Positions 12,899-25,770 of a DNA stretch of 64,000 nt are shown piece by piece. Every line of letters starts with the position of its first letter. The first letter of the stretch is position 1. The position numbers and the translations under genes are program-made. This DNA comes from Octopus sinensis. Lineage: Eukaryota. The stretch lies in assembly GCF_006345805.1 (NCBI RefSeq), contig NC_042998.1:13826001-13890000 (forward strand). The letters run 5' to 3'. The notes under the pieces were generated by a model. That model saw nothing but the letters and a program-made list of their open reading frames with translations, did not search any database and was not told the DNA's origin.

Positions 12899-14673
12899 GT
12901 ATATATATATACGTGCGTGTGTGTGTGCCTGTGATCTTGTGTCTGCAGGGATATGGGAGTACATGTGCGTGCACATGTATTTATGTTCATATATATGTGT
13001 GTATGTGTGTGTGTGTATCAAGCCTTTATTGAAACAAGCCTTTATTACAGAATATTCTCTTTTTTGCATCAGTTGTTACTTCTTCCTCTTCTTACAGATG
13101 GTTTGGTTTCAATGTGTCCATCTATACATCACAACAATATGTTCATCATCTCCTTCATCCATGAAGTGTTTTGTATTCAACTTCTTATCTGATTTATGGA
13201 AAGACAATCGCTATGCATTTGATGGGGAATCTCTTTCACTACTTATTTTGATTTATATTGTTATTTTCATCTATCTGTCCTACGGAAAAACGCCTATCTT
13301 TACAGTATAAGCTCTATTTTACTCCAACATGACACTTTTTAAACGTCGAGCATAACTGTTCCAATATATATCGTTATGATTTTCGGAAATATTCATTTCA
13401 CTTATTTTCTGTCTTTTTTCAAGTTTCCCTAGATAAATATAAACAACTACGATGTACAAGGTTGTAAATAAGACCAACATTGGCGTTTAGTGGAATAATT
13501 CCTTCCATAAATGAAAGCAGTTTAATGCAAAGTCAGTGATGAAGTCCCTTTTTAACAAGAAGCTTTGGCATTAATATTTCAGAAAAGAGAATGGTAACAT
13601 ATTGAAGCTGGACAATCTAGTATGGAGAACTATATGATTAAATTTATTTGAAATACACAGCTAAGATAATTTCATGACCGGAACTGGTAACTGGGGATGC
13701 TTATAAGGCAGGTTAGATCCACGAAAAGCAAATCCGGTTTAATTGGTGAGCACGAAATAATTGGTAGAAACAGATTTGGACAAGATTTATCAGGAATCAT
13801 GCGAGAAGTGTAAAGCACAGCATTGGACGTGAAAGAAAGGAATGAATGTAAGTATTGATCGAAATTTAGGAACAATGAAACGTCATGGAAATAGTAAGGG
13901 AAATCTAAACTTGAAAATTGCAATGTTAGGTGGAGATCAATGAAAACTATTGAGAATAGAGTCAGAAAATTAACGATAGTAATTTTAGTGTCACATTAAA
14001 TCTGCACTATTGCTTAAGGTTGGCAAAAATTCAAGTGAAATTCCATGAGGTCCGACTTACATACCATTTCTCAAAATCCGTGTATACGTTACATAATGAT
14101 CGTAAGTTTGAAACTCCGTAAGCCGAGTTGCCGTATTGGAAAGGTGCTGCACGTGTTTGTCGGAGAGAATATTACGTAAAAACAAATTTGTAATAATGTT
14201 AGACTGATAATTTAAAAGTAATTAATTCAATAAACGGAAGAGCAGTATAATTTTATTTCTTGAATATAATATTTTAATATCATCAGCCAAATGTTGTTAA
14301 ATCATTTTTTGTTTCTTTACAAAGTTCTTTCCGGCAATCTTGTTTAACCTTTTCCAAATCTATTTACATCCTGCGCATTCATATTCCGTAGCATGAATAT
14401 TTATCGAAATAATCCGTCGTCTAAAAGAATCATCCAACAAAATTTAAGCAATAAATTTATAGTGTATCAAAAGATCATTTCACAAAAAGACTAACGTGAA
14501 CTGAAGCAATTCATTGTATGTTTCCTTAAGACGTGTTTTAGTAGAAGAAAACAGTATCCAGGGCAAAGAATAAATAATCAAATAAATAAATAAAATATCT
14601 GTATCACCAACAGTAACATTGGTGAAATGAATAACAAGGATATCACTCTGACAAAATTTCCTTCAAAGAAAGG

Positions 14674-14723
<50 letters not shown>

Positions 14724-14876
14724 AAATCAAAATCAAAATTATAATCACCCCGCAATTTTTTATGGATAACACCATACAAAATTCTGGTGCACCTAAATTA
14801 AGTACCATATTCATTTGAATCTAAATTGTTACTGAACCTATATATATATATATATATATAATATATATATGACTCG

Positions 14877-14907
<31 letters not shown>

Positions 14908-14913
14908 GACTCG

Positions 14914-14950
<37 letters not shown>

Positions 14951-15308
14951 CTCGATCCTCACTCGGACTAAACTTTTAGGTTCATCAATTTCCGTAAGAT
15001 TCGTTAGTGAGGACCACTACCAAAGCAGAAATCGGGCAATCCAGTCTGTCAGTATATATGCATTTACCGGAGAAATCAATGGATGATTTAGCAGAATGCA
15101 CATGCGTCTACAACAAATTAATAGAAACAGCTAAGCGCAATGCGATTCCATAAAGGAATAATTCCTTCATTACTAAATGAGACGACGAGTGCCGAGGCAC
15201 CTACATTGCTGTTTGTATTGATATTATATTATACACATTAGTATTCCGCTAACTCATCCACAGATTTCTATCTTAAATGCTTATATTCTGACAAAGGGAA
15301 ATTTCCGG

Positions 15309-15365
15309 CATCTGCCGAGCGAGCGGTCCTCCCTGACGAAGCCTGCGGAAATAGACGAAACAGAT
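15309..15365 (+). ncRNA. Possible degenerate type III hammerhead ribozyme
   Basis: ATCTG-cC-GAG-cgagcggtc-CTC-c-CTGACGA-A-GCCT-gcggaaat-AGAC-GAAACAGAT; intact CUGACGA and GAAA, stem III ATCTG/CAGAT; U16.1 is C and stem I is one base out of register. Confidence 0.5.
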
Positions 15366-15658
15366 CGTTTAGTCTTAGTGATTTTCGAGTTGGTGGTGGG
15401 GTAGTTACAATCCCTGTCAGCATGTGTGTATACATATGCGCGCTTCCTACAGTATTAAGAGAGTATTGTACCTATTATTCTAGCAATGTAGTTGCCTTTA
15501 CTTACCTACATATTCAGGTACGTATATACATAAATATAATATAAACAAGGAAATAGAAAGTAAAGCGATTTGGAAGTAATGGCTTTTATATCTAACTTTA
15601 CCATTTAATGCCATCTCCTAACTCTGCATGTAGCCGAAATATTTCGAAGATTTTGACG

Positions 15659-15691
<33 letters not shown>

Positions 15692-15692
15692 T

Positions 15693-15817
<125 letters not shown>

Positions 15818-15942
15818 ATATATATACATGTATATATGTATATCTATCTATATCTATATATATATATATATATGTATATAAATGTGTGTGTATGTCCGTG
15901 TGCATGTTTGTGTGCATGTATGTGTGCGCATACGTACAAACA

Positions 15943-15984
<42 letters not shown>

Positions 15985-16544
15985 ATTACATTTACATCAG
16001 TGTCAGCCTCTCTCTCTCTCTCTCTCTCCCTTTGTCAACACACACACACATACTACTTACATGGGTTAACCTAAAACATCGAGTGCTTTTCTTTCGTTAT
16101 TTATACCTGTGAATCTCCATTCGCTTTTCCATCCACCTATTCAAGACCCTAATTTTTTCCGTTTACTTTTTACACTATGATCTGATAGTGTTATAGGTTT
16201 CTTAGATTTCGATACAATATCAATCGATATTGTTATATCGAGATAGAGATGAAACGCGTTCATACATCATTTCCGCAAGCATATTATGTGTTTTGCTAAT
16301 CATGTAATATTATGAAAAACACAATTAAATATATATAAAGTATTTCTCAAGTGAGTGCACGTGCATCAATGGTGGTATTATCGCTATTATTCTATGATTG
16401 TCGTATTATCAAAACGTATTTGTTTGAACGATATTGTTGGTATAACGCTACTCTCTGTTGTATATCGCTTGCAAGATTCGCTTATGCTTCAATCTTTGTA
16501 ATTAAATCATGTATTCTATGAATACTAGTTGTGGCAGACAATAC

Positions 16545-16583
<39 letters not shown>

Positions 16584-16682
16584 CGTGTATGTGTATGTAT
16601 TTGCATGTGCATGGGTGTATGTGCACGTCCGTGTGTGTAGATAGTTCGATTGATGGACATACAGACACACATATAAAGAAAT

Positions 16683-16743
<61 letters not shown>

Positions 16744-16747
16744 CATA

Positions 16748-16811
<64 letters not shown>

Positions 16812-16812
16812 A

Positions 16813-16856
<44 letters not shown>

Positions 16857-17645
16857 GTTAGAATCTTTTGTTAATTTTATTGCGAAACGTGCTTGTAATT
16901 CTCAGACTTTTCAAGACTTAAACACCTTTGTTCTCATGTTTAAAAAAATGAGGGAGCAGAAGAGAAAATATATATATATATAAAGACAAACGATGAATGA
17001 GGCAAAAACTGTATGAGTGACATAACAGGAAGAGCGTTCTAGAAAGATAGAATTTGTGACAAAAGCTCAGACGCAACACATACACACACACATAGTCATA
17101 CACACACATATTTCATGGATAAATATATGAAAAACAGTGAGACATCAGAGACAATGTGTGGTTGGCATAGGTTACTTTACATTAATCATCTATCACTTTA
17201 CTAAGATATTTGGATATATGTCGAAATGAAAGTCTTTCCACTACTTTTCATTATCCACATTTACTTAATTTGGGTCACCGTGATATTGATATTAGTTTTC
17301 GTCTTATCTTGATCTTTACACTGAAAATTATATTAATAACAATAGTAGTATAGTTTTGTTTGTATTTTTGTTGGTAGACAAAAGATATTGTCAGTGGATG
17401 GCAAAAGAAATTACGCATAGCTGGCTTCTTGTTTTACAAAGCGATTCTTGTCTACATAATTATATTCTTGTTTAAAGTACCGTATCTACCACGAGGTTGA
17501 AAGGCTATCAGCACAATATCGTAGATAACATTTACTGTCTAGACAACTAGACAAGAAATATTATGTAAGTTGCCTACCAGGTAGCGAGCCGCTGAACGAC
17601 GCGTGCTATTTTCCTATTAAAAAGGTGTCGGTATATGTGTGTGAG

Positions 17646-17681
<36 letters not shown>

Positions 17682-17801
17682 ATACATATATATACACATA
17701 TATATATACACACACATATATATATATATATACATTTACATATATAAATATATATACATATATATATGTGCACATATATGAACCTGTAATTGTATAATAA
17801 T

Positions 17802-17804
<3 letters not shown>

Positions 17805-17850
<46 letters not shown>

Positions 17851-17883
17851 GTAATAATAATAATGATGATGATTATGATGATA

Positions 17884-17914
<31 letters not shown>

Positions 17915-18004
17915 CGATGATGAGGATGACGACGATGACGACGACGATGATGATGATGATGATGCTGATGATGATGATGATGATGACGATGATGATGATG
18001 ATGG

Positions 18005-18052
<48 letters not shown>

Positions 18053-18092
18053 CGACGACAACGATGTTGTTGATGATGTTGACGATGAAGAT
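17805..18092. repeat. (AAT)n-(GAT/GAC)n microsatellite
   Basis: Direct read; source of the poly-D/H/M ORFs. Confidence 0.96.
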
Positions 18093-19704
18093 ATCTAAAA
18101 CTAAAGTCAATGTGTGTTAGAAAATCCAATTCCGTTCTTGACGGATTTCGCACAAGCAACTGTTACATAGAATTCTCTCATGAAATTCTCTGACGGCGGT
18201 TAAATATTAAATAGTAACACACTAAAACAATCACGATTACTCATGGGAGAATAAGTTAAATTGTGACTGACGAAGGTGAGCAATGAGCGAGTAATATACG
18301 GCTAAATCTTGTAAAAAAATATATCTGGGTTTATTAACTAGATTGTCGGCTGAGGTTCTGGTTGCAAGAAGGAAAATGATTTCAAATTTTATCTAAGGGT
18401 CAGTGATTTTGGAGAAAAGGGTAAATTGATTACATCCATCCCAGTAATTTATTGGTTCTTCATTTATCGATAAGGAAACCATGAAAGGCATAGTCGTCCG
18501 CAGCGAAATTTGAACTCAGAACGTGAAGAAGGATGACATGCCGCTAAGCCATTTACCTGGCGTGCTAAAAATTGTGCCAGCTCGGCACCTTGGCGACAAG
18601 GAGAATAATAAGCTGAGAAAGAGGAGATAACAAATGTCAGAAAAGAATACTGCGATGGAGGCAGAAAATATCCGGCTATTTACAAGGACCAGCAATCGTT
18701 ATAATAATCATTTCTAATATAGACACAAGGCCTCAAATCTGGGTGACGGATTTACAACCGCCTATGCCACCTTTACTATGACATTACTTAGTGATTCGCC
18801 AAAATATCATGCCTTCAAAAAAGAGCCGAAGCATCTACTTCAAATATTTCCAGTACATGAGGACTGACCCATGGCTAAATTAAGAAAAAGACTAAAATAT
18901 ACATACATATGCAAACGCACTCTCATACTATTACAAATATATATACGTTTGCAGGCGTGTTCGTGTGTGTACAACGTATTGTGTACAACGAAATTTTCCT
19001 TGTATTTGTTTAATTTTTAAAAATTTTACTTCTCACCATTATTCTCAATATTCTTCATCTCCGGGATTATATTCCGATGCGTGTATTTTGTTTCATTCCA
19101 ATTGCCATTGTGTTGTATTGTGAACATGTACTTCCGGTAAACTATTTCCTTATTGTTTAAACTGGGTCTTCTGTTTGTTATGCATCATGCCTTAGTGAGA
19201 AAAAATATTGTTTTATTGTCATCGAACAATGCAGTAAATATATCAATTGTTTATTAACGTATTTCTTACCATACATAGAAATTTATGCATAAAAATCTTC
19301 TTAGGCAACTAGTACAGAAATATAACAGGAAAATCTCTGCAAAATCGAAAAATACCTGAGGAAATAGATCCACAGACAAACGGAAGGAGTCCTTCTGTGT
19401 AAAATCTTAAACGACTATTCGAACACAACATACATTGCAGCATTAAAATATTTCCTGAAAAACTAGGTAAAACGTACAGTAGAAATATAATTTGACCAAG
19501 AAGTATGATTTGTAACAAGAAGTCTTGTGAAGTGTATAACAAATAATTCACGCGAGAGGAAATCATTCGAGATAACACAAAAATATTGAGACTTGGAAGG
19601 CAATGAGAGAAGAAGCGTAACGAATGAATAATCAAAGAACAGTGAGGCAACGTAACAAGTTCTCAGTTATATATTTAAGAGTGTATACATATGAGTGTAT
19701 GTAT

Positions 19705-19743
<39 letters not shown>

Positions 19744-19793
19744 CAGATATACAGATATATACATATATAGATATATAATATATATATATATAC

Positions 19794-19891
<98 letters not shown>

Positions 19892-19897
19892 AGTTTC

Positions 19898-19967
<70 letters not shown>

Positions 19968-20094
19968 TATTTACAAGATAAGGGCAGAAGAAAATTTCTA
20001 ATGCCAGATACGCCGAAACAAACAAATTTTCGATAAGCATTAAATTTATGCGTATCGAAACAAACCGATAGAAATCTCTAAAAAAATCCGTTAT

Positions 20095-20153
20095 TACCGT
20101 ATTGGTCCAATTTCGGGGTTAATTCACAAGAAATGTTCCCCTCGTCAGCGGCA
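20095..20153 (-). ncRNA. Minimal type I hammerhead ribozyme, intact core
   Basis: Minus strand TGCCG-CTGACGA-GGGG-(19 nt)-CCCC-GAAA-TTGGACCA-ATA-CGGTA; stem I TGCCG/CGGTA, palindromic stem III ATTGG-A-CCAAT, AUA cleavage triplet. Confidence 0.85.
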
Positions 20154-20337
20154 CATACGCGAGATATACGAAATACTTATTCATACCCACGGAAGAAGCA
20201 AGCACCAAGTCCCGAGCAGACTTAAGTACCCCAATATATCCAAATAGAAAAATCTTCGGCGCACCTCGAGACACGTGTGATTCGAACTAGAAACTTTCAC
20301 AAAGTGATAGAATCCGGAAGTGAAACACTAATCTATT

Positions 20338-20414
20338 TATAATTGATATACGATAAAAAATTTTTCGGGAAAAAAACTTTTTCCCCCAAAAAATTTTATT
20401 CTATATCAATTATA
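20338..20414. repeat. Short fold-back
   Basis: tataattgatata..tatatcaattata outer arms with inner gggaaaa/ttttccc. Confidence 0.8.
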
Positions 20415-20437
20415 TATATATATATATGTATATATGT

Positions 20438-20638
20438 AAAATTCTATAATTATAAGCATAATCATGATTAGGGTTCAGCAAAAATTGCTTCACCACATAC
20501 CAAAATTTAGAAATAGCAGTTAAATACTATTCTTATAGTAGTGGAATAATATTTAACTGGTAAACCTAATTTTCCGTATGTGGTGAAATAATTTTTCCTG
20601 AACCTTAATTATAATTATGCTTATAATTATAGAATTTT
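20438..20638. mobile_element. Imperfect ~200 bp fold-back (MITE-like)
   Basis: aaaattctataattataagcataat..ggttcag..ttcaccacatac mirrored by gtatgtggtgaa..ctgaacc..attatgcttataattatagaatttt. Confidence 0.75.
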
Positions 20639-20859
20639 TTTATAAGGTTACCGATAATGGTTCTTTTAACATACCGAACTACTTGGTAAAATTATTAATT
20701 ATTAATTGATTAATTAATTTTACCCTTTATTATTATTCATTATATGTATATGTATATATATATATCAACAAAAATGATAATAAGGATTATTACGATGTTG
20801 CATAGTATTACATTTAATTCTTTAAACATATATACAGCTTTACATAGACCATGCAAGTG

Positions 20860-20882
<23 letters not shown>

Positions 20883-20890
<8 letters not shown>

Positions 20891-21164
20891 GTTGTATACA
20901 GTCAATCTAACACGAACGTGACAGTACGGGGGTACACCACTGCTGTATAGCCCTAGGAAGCATCGACGCCTCCTGATGGCTTTGACACATTTTCCTGTGT
21001 CCTTATATACATTTACGAGTATATATATACGTAAATGTATATAAGGACACAGGAAAATGTGTCAAAGCAATCAAGAGGCGTCGATGCTTCCTAGGGATAT
21101 ACAGCGGTGGTGTACCCCCCTACTCTCACGTTCGTGTTAGATTGAGATTATACAACCATTCTAT
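20883..21164. mobile_element. Near-perfect ~280 bp palindrome in (TA)n
   Basis: Arms of about 135 bp (atagaatggttgtata..ccttatatacatttacg and its reverse complement) around a 12 nt AT-rich spacer. Confidence 0.85.
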
Positions 21165-21216
21165 CGCCCCACCACCATATATTTCTCTATGAGAGATTTA
21201 GAAATTTAGTATTTCT

Positions 21217-21255
<39 letters not shown>

Positions 21256-22219
21256 TATATAAACACACATATATATACACATATATATATAATATGTGAT
21301 ACATAAAATACTAACGGATTACTGTCGGCCAAATTGGTTTAACTACGTATTGATTAGAGCGAATAAACTTGGAGCCACGAAACAGTGAGTGTAAGCTTTG
21401 CTGAATTTTGTGTATCGGTGTAGTGTAAAATTGGTAAAAATGCTAAACACGAGATTAAAATCTTACGGAGAACATTTTTTTGGCAATGAGCTACGTAATA
21501 AAATGGAAGAGAATAATTTAACTGGTATTAATCTCTCCTCATAATCGTAAATAATAATTCATATTTGGGATTGCAACATATCTGGTAAAGAAATGAAACA
21601 GACAATACCAATATAATAACAAAAGAAGAAATCATATAAAAACAAACTTGGTCTCATCTGCACTGTTATACATGTATGTTGCACTCACGGAAAAAAGTAT
21701 TAGTTTCTCTTGCGTAGTGTACGACATATATATATATATATTATGAAAGGGAGAAAGAGACGCATGAGGTAGAGAGAGAAAGAGATGGGTGAAAAGAGAA
21801 TCAACTATAGCAACAACGAGGAGGGTAATGACACATAACAGATAATGCGCCAATGAGATTAAGAGTTCGTTGTTAGAAATAGAAATGGAATTTGCATAAA
21901 TAATTCCACAATTTTTCATATGTATGGTAGTGACAAGCTCTAGTATTAGGTTTCTTTCTTTATTCCCTTAGTTATTATTACATATTTCTTAATTTTCTCT
22001 GTTTATTTTTATCTTAAATTCCGATACAAATGGTGAGACGTCATGATGCTATTGAAGATTTAAAATGCAATATGAAATATTCCAATATTTTGGATGATTA
22101 GAGCCTCCATTTCAGGTTTTAAATCACATTTAGTCATCCATAGCCATATGTTCTCTATGTCTGTCTTAGTTTCAACATGCCTATGAAATTGTTAATTATT
22201 AATATTATTGTTATTGTTG

Positions 22220-22284
<65 letters not shown>

Positions 22285-22302
22285 AATATTATTATTATTA
22301 TT

Positions 22303-22876
22303 CAGTAGTTTTATTTTTATAGCGTGCTTTCACTTAACTACCGAGCGCAGCTCTGTGTGCCTTGGGTATGTGCTGTGATTTGTTGTGATGCTCTGATGGT
22401 TATTGTATGGAAAGTGTTCTGCGTAGGATGTGTGCAGTGCCTAGTAGTGCAATTTTCTGTACATTATATGTTTGTAAGTCCTGGTGTTTTTGTTATGTAT
22501 TTGTCTGAATATTTTTTATCATGCCTAATGCACCTACTATGATAGGAATTGTTTCTGTTTTCAGGTTCCACATTCTAGTTACCTCTATTTCCAGGTCTTT
22601 GTATTTTGAGAGTTTCTCCATTTCTTTTAGAGACACGTTATCATCTGCCGGTATTGATACATCAATTAGAAAGCATTTTTTTCTTCATGATCTTTGACAA
22701 CTATATCTGATCTATTGGCCTTAATTTCTCTATCTGTGTGTATCGACATATCCCAGAGTATGGTTGCTTTCTCGTTTTCTGTGACCTTTTCTGGTGTGTG
22801 CCTATACCATCTTTTTTCTGTTGTTATTCCATAATGTTGGCATAGCTTCCAATGTATGTAGGTTTCAACTCTGTCA
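22303..22876 (-). mobile_element. Dong/R4 retrotransposon, 3' fragment (family B)
   Basis: Translates DRVETYIHWKLCQHYGITTEKRWYRHTPEKV..ILWDMSIHTDREIKANRSDI..KLSKYKDLEIEVTRMWNLKTETIPIIVGALG..GTAHILRRTLSIQ*; different 3' UTR; TAA on both sides. Confidence 0.9.
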
Positions 22877-22888
22877 TTATTATTATTA

Positions 22889-22926
<38 letters not shown>

Positions 22927-22980
22927 ATTATTATTATTGTTATTATTTTTATTATTATTGTTATTATTATTATTATTATT

Positions 22981-24853
22981 CTATGTTTGACTTTTGCTTT
23001 ATATTTGTACAAGTTGGCTCCAAGTCTCACCCAGAGACCTCAAGAGACAACAGGGTTGGAAGTTCATGTTGTTGTTATGCCTAGTGTGCCATATATTTGG
23101 GGGGTGGGTATGTTGTACTAGTGAATGTCTAAAAAAAAAAGAAAAGAAAGGGGTTTTTTTCTTTTTTTTTTCCTTTTAAACCGAAAATTATGTTTGTTTT
23201 AAACCTTGAGATTACATAGAGAGTATTTTGCGTAGGATATGAGCAGTTCCCATGAGCACTATCTTTTGAACTTCTGCCATTTTGGGGTTTCCTGGTATCT
23301 GAGTTAGGTAGCTATCAGCCCCTTTTGCTATCATTCCCAGGGCACCTATAACAACAGGTATTGTTTTAGTCTTCAGCTTCCACATTTTACTGATTTCTAT
23401 TTCAAGATCTTTATATTTGCTCAGTTTTTGGTAGGTCTTAACAGATACGTTCATATCGATTGGGACTGTCATATTAATGAGGAGGCATGTTCTTTGTTTG
23501 AAGTCTTTCAATATGATGTCTGGCCTATTTGCATCTATCTTCCTGTCAGTTTGAATGGTGAAGTTCCAGAGGAGTGAGATGTGGTCATTTTCAAGCACTG
23601 GGGGTGGTTTGTGTTCCCACCAGTTTTTTTTCATGGGGCAAATCCAGGTTTTTACAGATTACCCAGTGAATATATTGTGCAGCTCTATCGTGCCTGTTGA
23701 GATACTCTGTAGGCGCTAGAAGACTGCACTTGGAGACCACATGGTCAATGGTTTCATTTTGTTGCTTGCATACACGACACGTTGGACTGCTTCTGATCTT
23801 TAATATGTTGGCCTGGTAGTTTCTTGTTGGTAGGCATTGATCTTGAGCTGCTATGATAAACCCCTCTGTTTCAGATTTTAAGCCAGAGGCCATTAGCCAT
23901 TGATGGGTCAGGGCTTCGTCGATATCTGCATTATTCGCTCTCTTTGGGTATTTGCCATAGAGGGGTTTTTCTTGCCATTCATTATTCAGAATATCTAAGG
24001 CCGCAGTTTTGGCACGGGTTTTCATGCGCCTAGCTTTTTCTGTGCTTGTTTCTTGTATATCTATCTCTAATTCCGAAATTGGTTGTATTCGGAATTCACT
24101 TAGATATTCCTTTGCCTGTTTTGTGACTGAGTATGATGCTTTCTTGTTTTCATGTTTTGAGACAAGTTTTAACATCCAGCCCTCAGAGTTTTTTAGGTAG
24201 GTGTCTAGGCCAATTGTAGCAATCTTCATTGTTATTGCCAGTTGCAAAAGACCACGGCCTCCCTCTTTTCTTGGCAGATGGAGTCGTTCTGTATCTGCCT
24301 TAGGGTGGTGCATTCTATGCATTGTCAACAGTTTCCTTATTTTTCTGTCGAGCTGACATATTTCAGTAATTGACCAGTTAACAATATTGAAACTGTAAGT
24401 CACGACTGTATAGCTAATGCATTGATCGCTTCGATCCTGTTTCTTGCATTCAGCTCTGTCTTGAGTATTGCTCTCACTCTTCGATAGCATTCTCTCCTGA
24501 TCCTTTCCTTCATCTCTGAATGCCTTATTCCGTTCCCTTCAATTACCCCTAGGTACTTGTAGCTCTCCGCTGGGTCTAGTTCTTTTATGACATTCTGTTG
24601 GTCAAGGTTAACGTTAGATGTTTCTGTCATTTTTCCTTTGATAATGGTAGCCTTTGCACATTTATCGAGGCCGAATTGCATTCTGATGTCGTCATTGAAT
24701 TGTTTGACTATCGCTAGTTAGCCCTTGAGTTGTTGATCATTTTTTTCAAAAAAGCTTTAAATCATCCATGTAAACGAGATGATTTATATTTTTATCAAAC
24801 ATTTTATACCCGTACTGCGCGTCAATGAGCAGCTTTGAGAGAGGTATTAAGGA
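22981..24853 (-). mobile_element. Dong/R4 retrotransposon, 5'-truncated (family A): RT C-terminus, CCHC knuckle, restriction-like endonuclease
   Basis: YMDDLKLF, MQFGLDKCA, YKYLG, CRVCKQQNETIDHVVSKC, RPDII..KLSKY; several frameshifts and stops; (ATT)n on both sides. Confidence 0.95.
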
Positions 24854-24913
<60 letters not shown>

Positions 24914-24923
24914 CATTATCATC

Positions 24924-25366
24924 ATGTTTTTTCCTACTTTCTTCAAATTTTCTTCCATTTCTCGCCGAGTGTTTTCCATACATGTATTGATTTCCAGATT
25001 ACACGCGCAAATTCAAAGATAAAATATGTATTTGAAAACTATTAACTAAACGAATTCATGGATGGATGTTATTTTCAGAGCGATAGTGCTCTTCTCAGTA
25101 CATAAGCCGTTCCAGTTAATACGATTTTTTGCACTTGCTGTAGGGATGGTAAGCCTGGAATTATTTTCAAATAGGTTTCAGTACCTTTTTTTATTCATTC
25201 CTAGAGATCCTGCAATCACTGGTACTGTAGTCGCCTTGAGATACCACACGTTTTAAATTTCTATTACCAGGTCTTTATATTTACTAATATTGTCAAACTC
25301 TTTCGCTGCTATATTGTGATCACAGGGAATACTCATGTCATTGTGATCAGAGGGAATACTCATGTC
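24924..25366 (-). mobile_element. Dong/R4 retrotransposon, 3' fragment (family C)
   Basis: DMSIPCDHNIAAKEFDNISKYKDLVIEI..VPVIAGSLGM(fs)KKGTETYLKIIPGLPSLQQVQKIVLTGTAYVLRRALSL*; third distinct 3' UTR. Confidence 0.85.
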
Positions 25367-25390
25367 TTATTATTATTATTGTTATTATTA

Positions 25391-25471
<81 letters not shown>

Positions 25472-25479
25472 TTATTATT

Positions 25480-25561
25480 ATAGATAGATATATAGATAGA
25501 TAGATAGACAGATAGATAGATGGATGGATAGATAGGTAGATAGGTAGTCAGACAGACATAT

Positions 25562-25596
<35 letters not shown>

Positions 25597-25610
25597 GAGA
25601 TAGATAGATG

Positions 25611-25658
<48 letters not shown>

Positions 25659-25671
25659 GAAAGATAGATAT

Positions 25672-25729
<58 letters not shown>

Positions 25730-25731
25730 GG

Positions 25732-25762
<31 letters not shown>

Positions 25763-25770
25763 GATATAGA
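25480..25770. repeat. (AGAT)n/(AGAC)n tetranucleotide array
   Basis: Direct read. Confidence 0.96.

Noticed and set aside
13040-14600. Possible old LINE remnant (LVTGDAY resembles the APE GDFN motif)
   Set aside because: One weak motif, no RT motif
14840-14958. CRISPR-like repeat-spacer look
   Set aside because: Repeats of 9 bp, spacers are pure (TA)n, eukaryotic context, no cas genes
16170-16265. Long hairpin followed by GAAACGCGTT
   Set aside because: Upstream CTGATAG lacks G8-A9 and stem I is out of register
18267-18300. CTGACGA followed by a possible GCAA-loop stem
   Set aside because: No GAAA and no stem I or III partner
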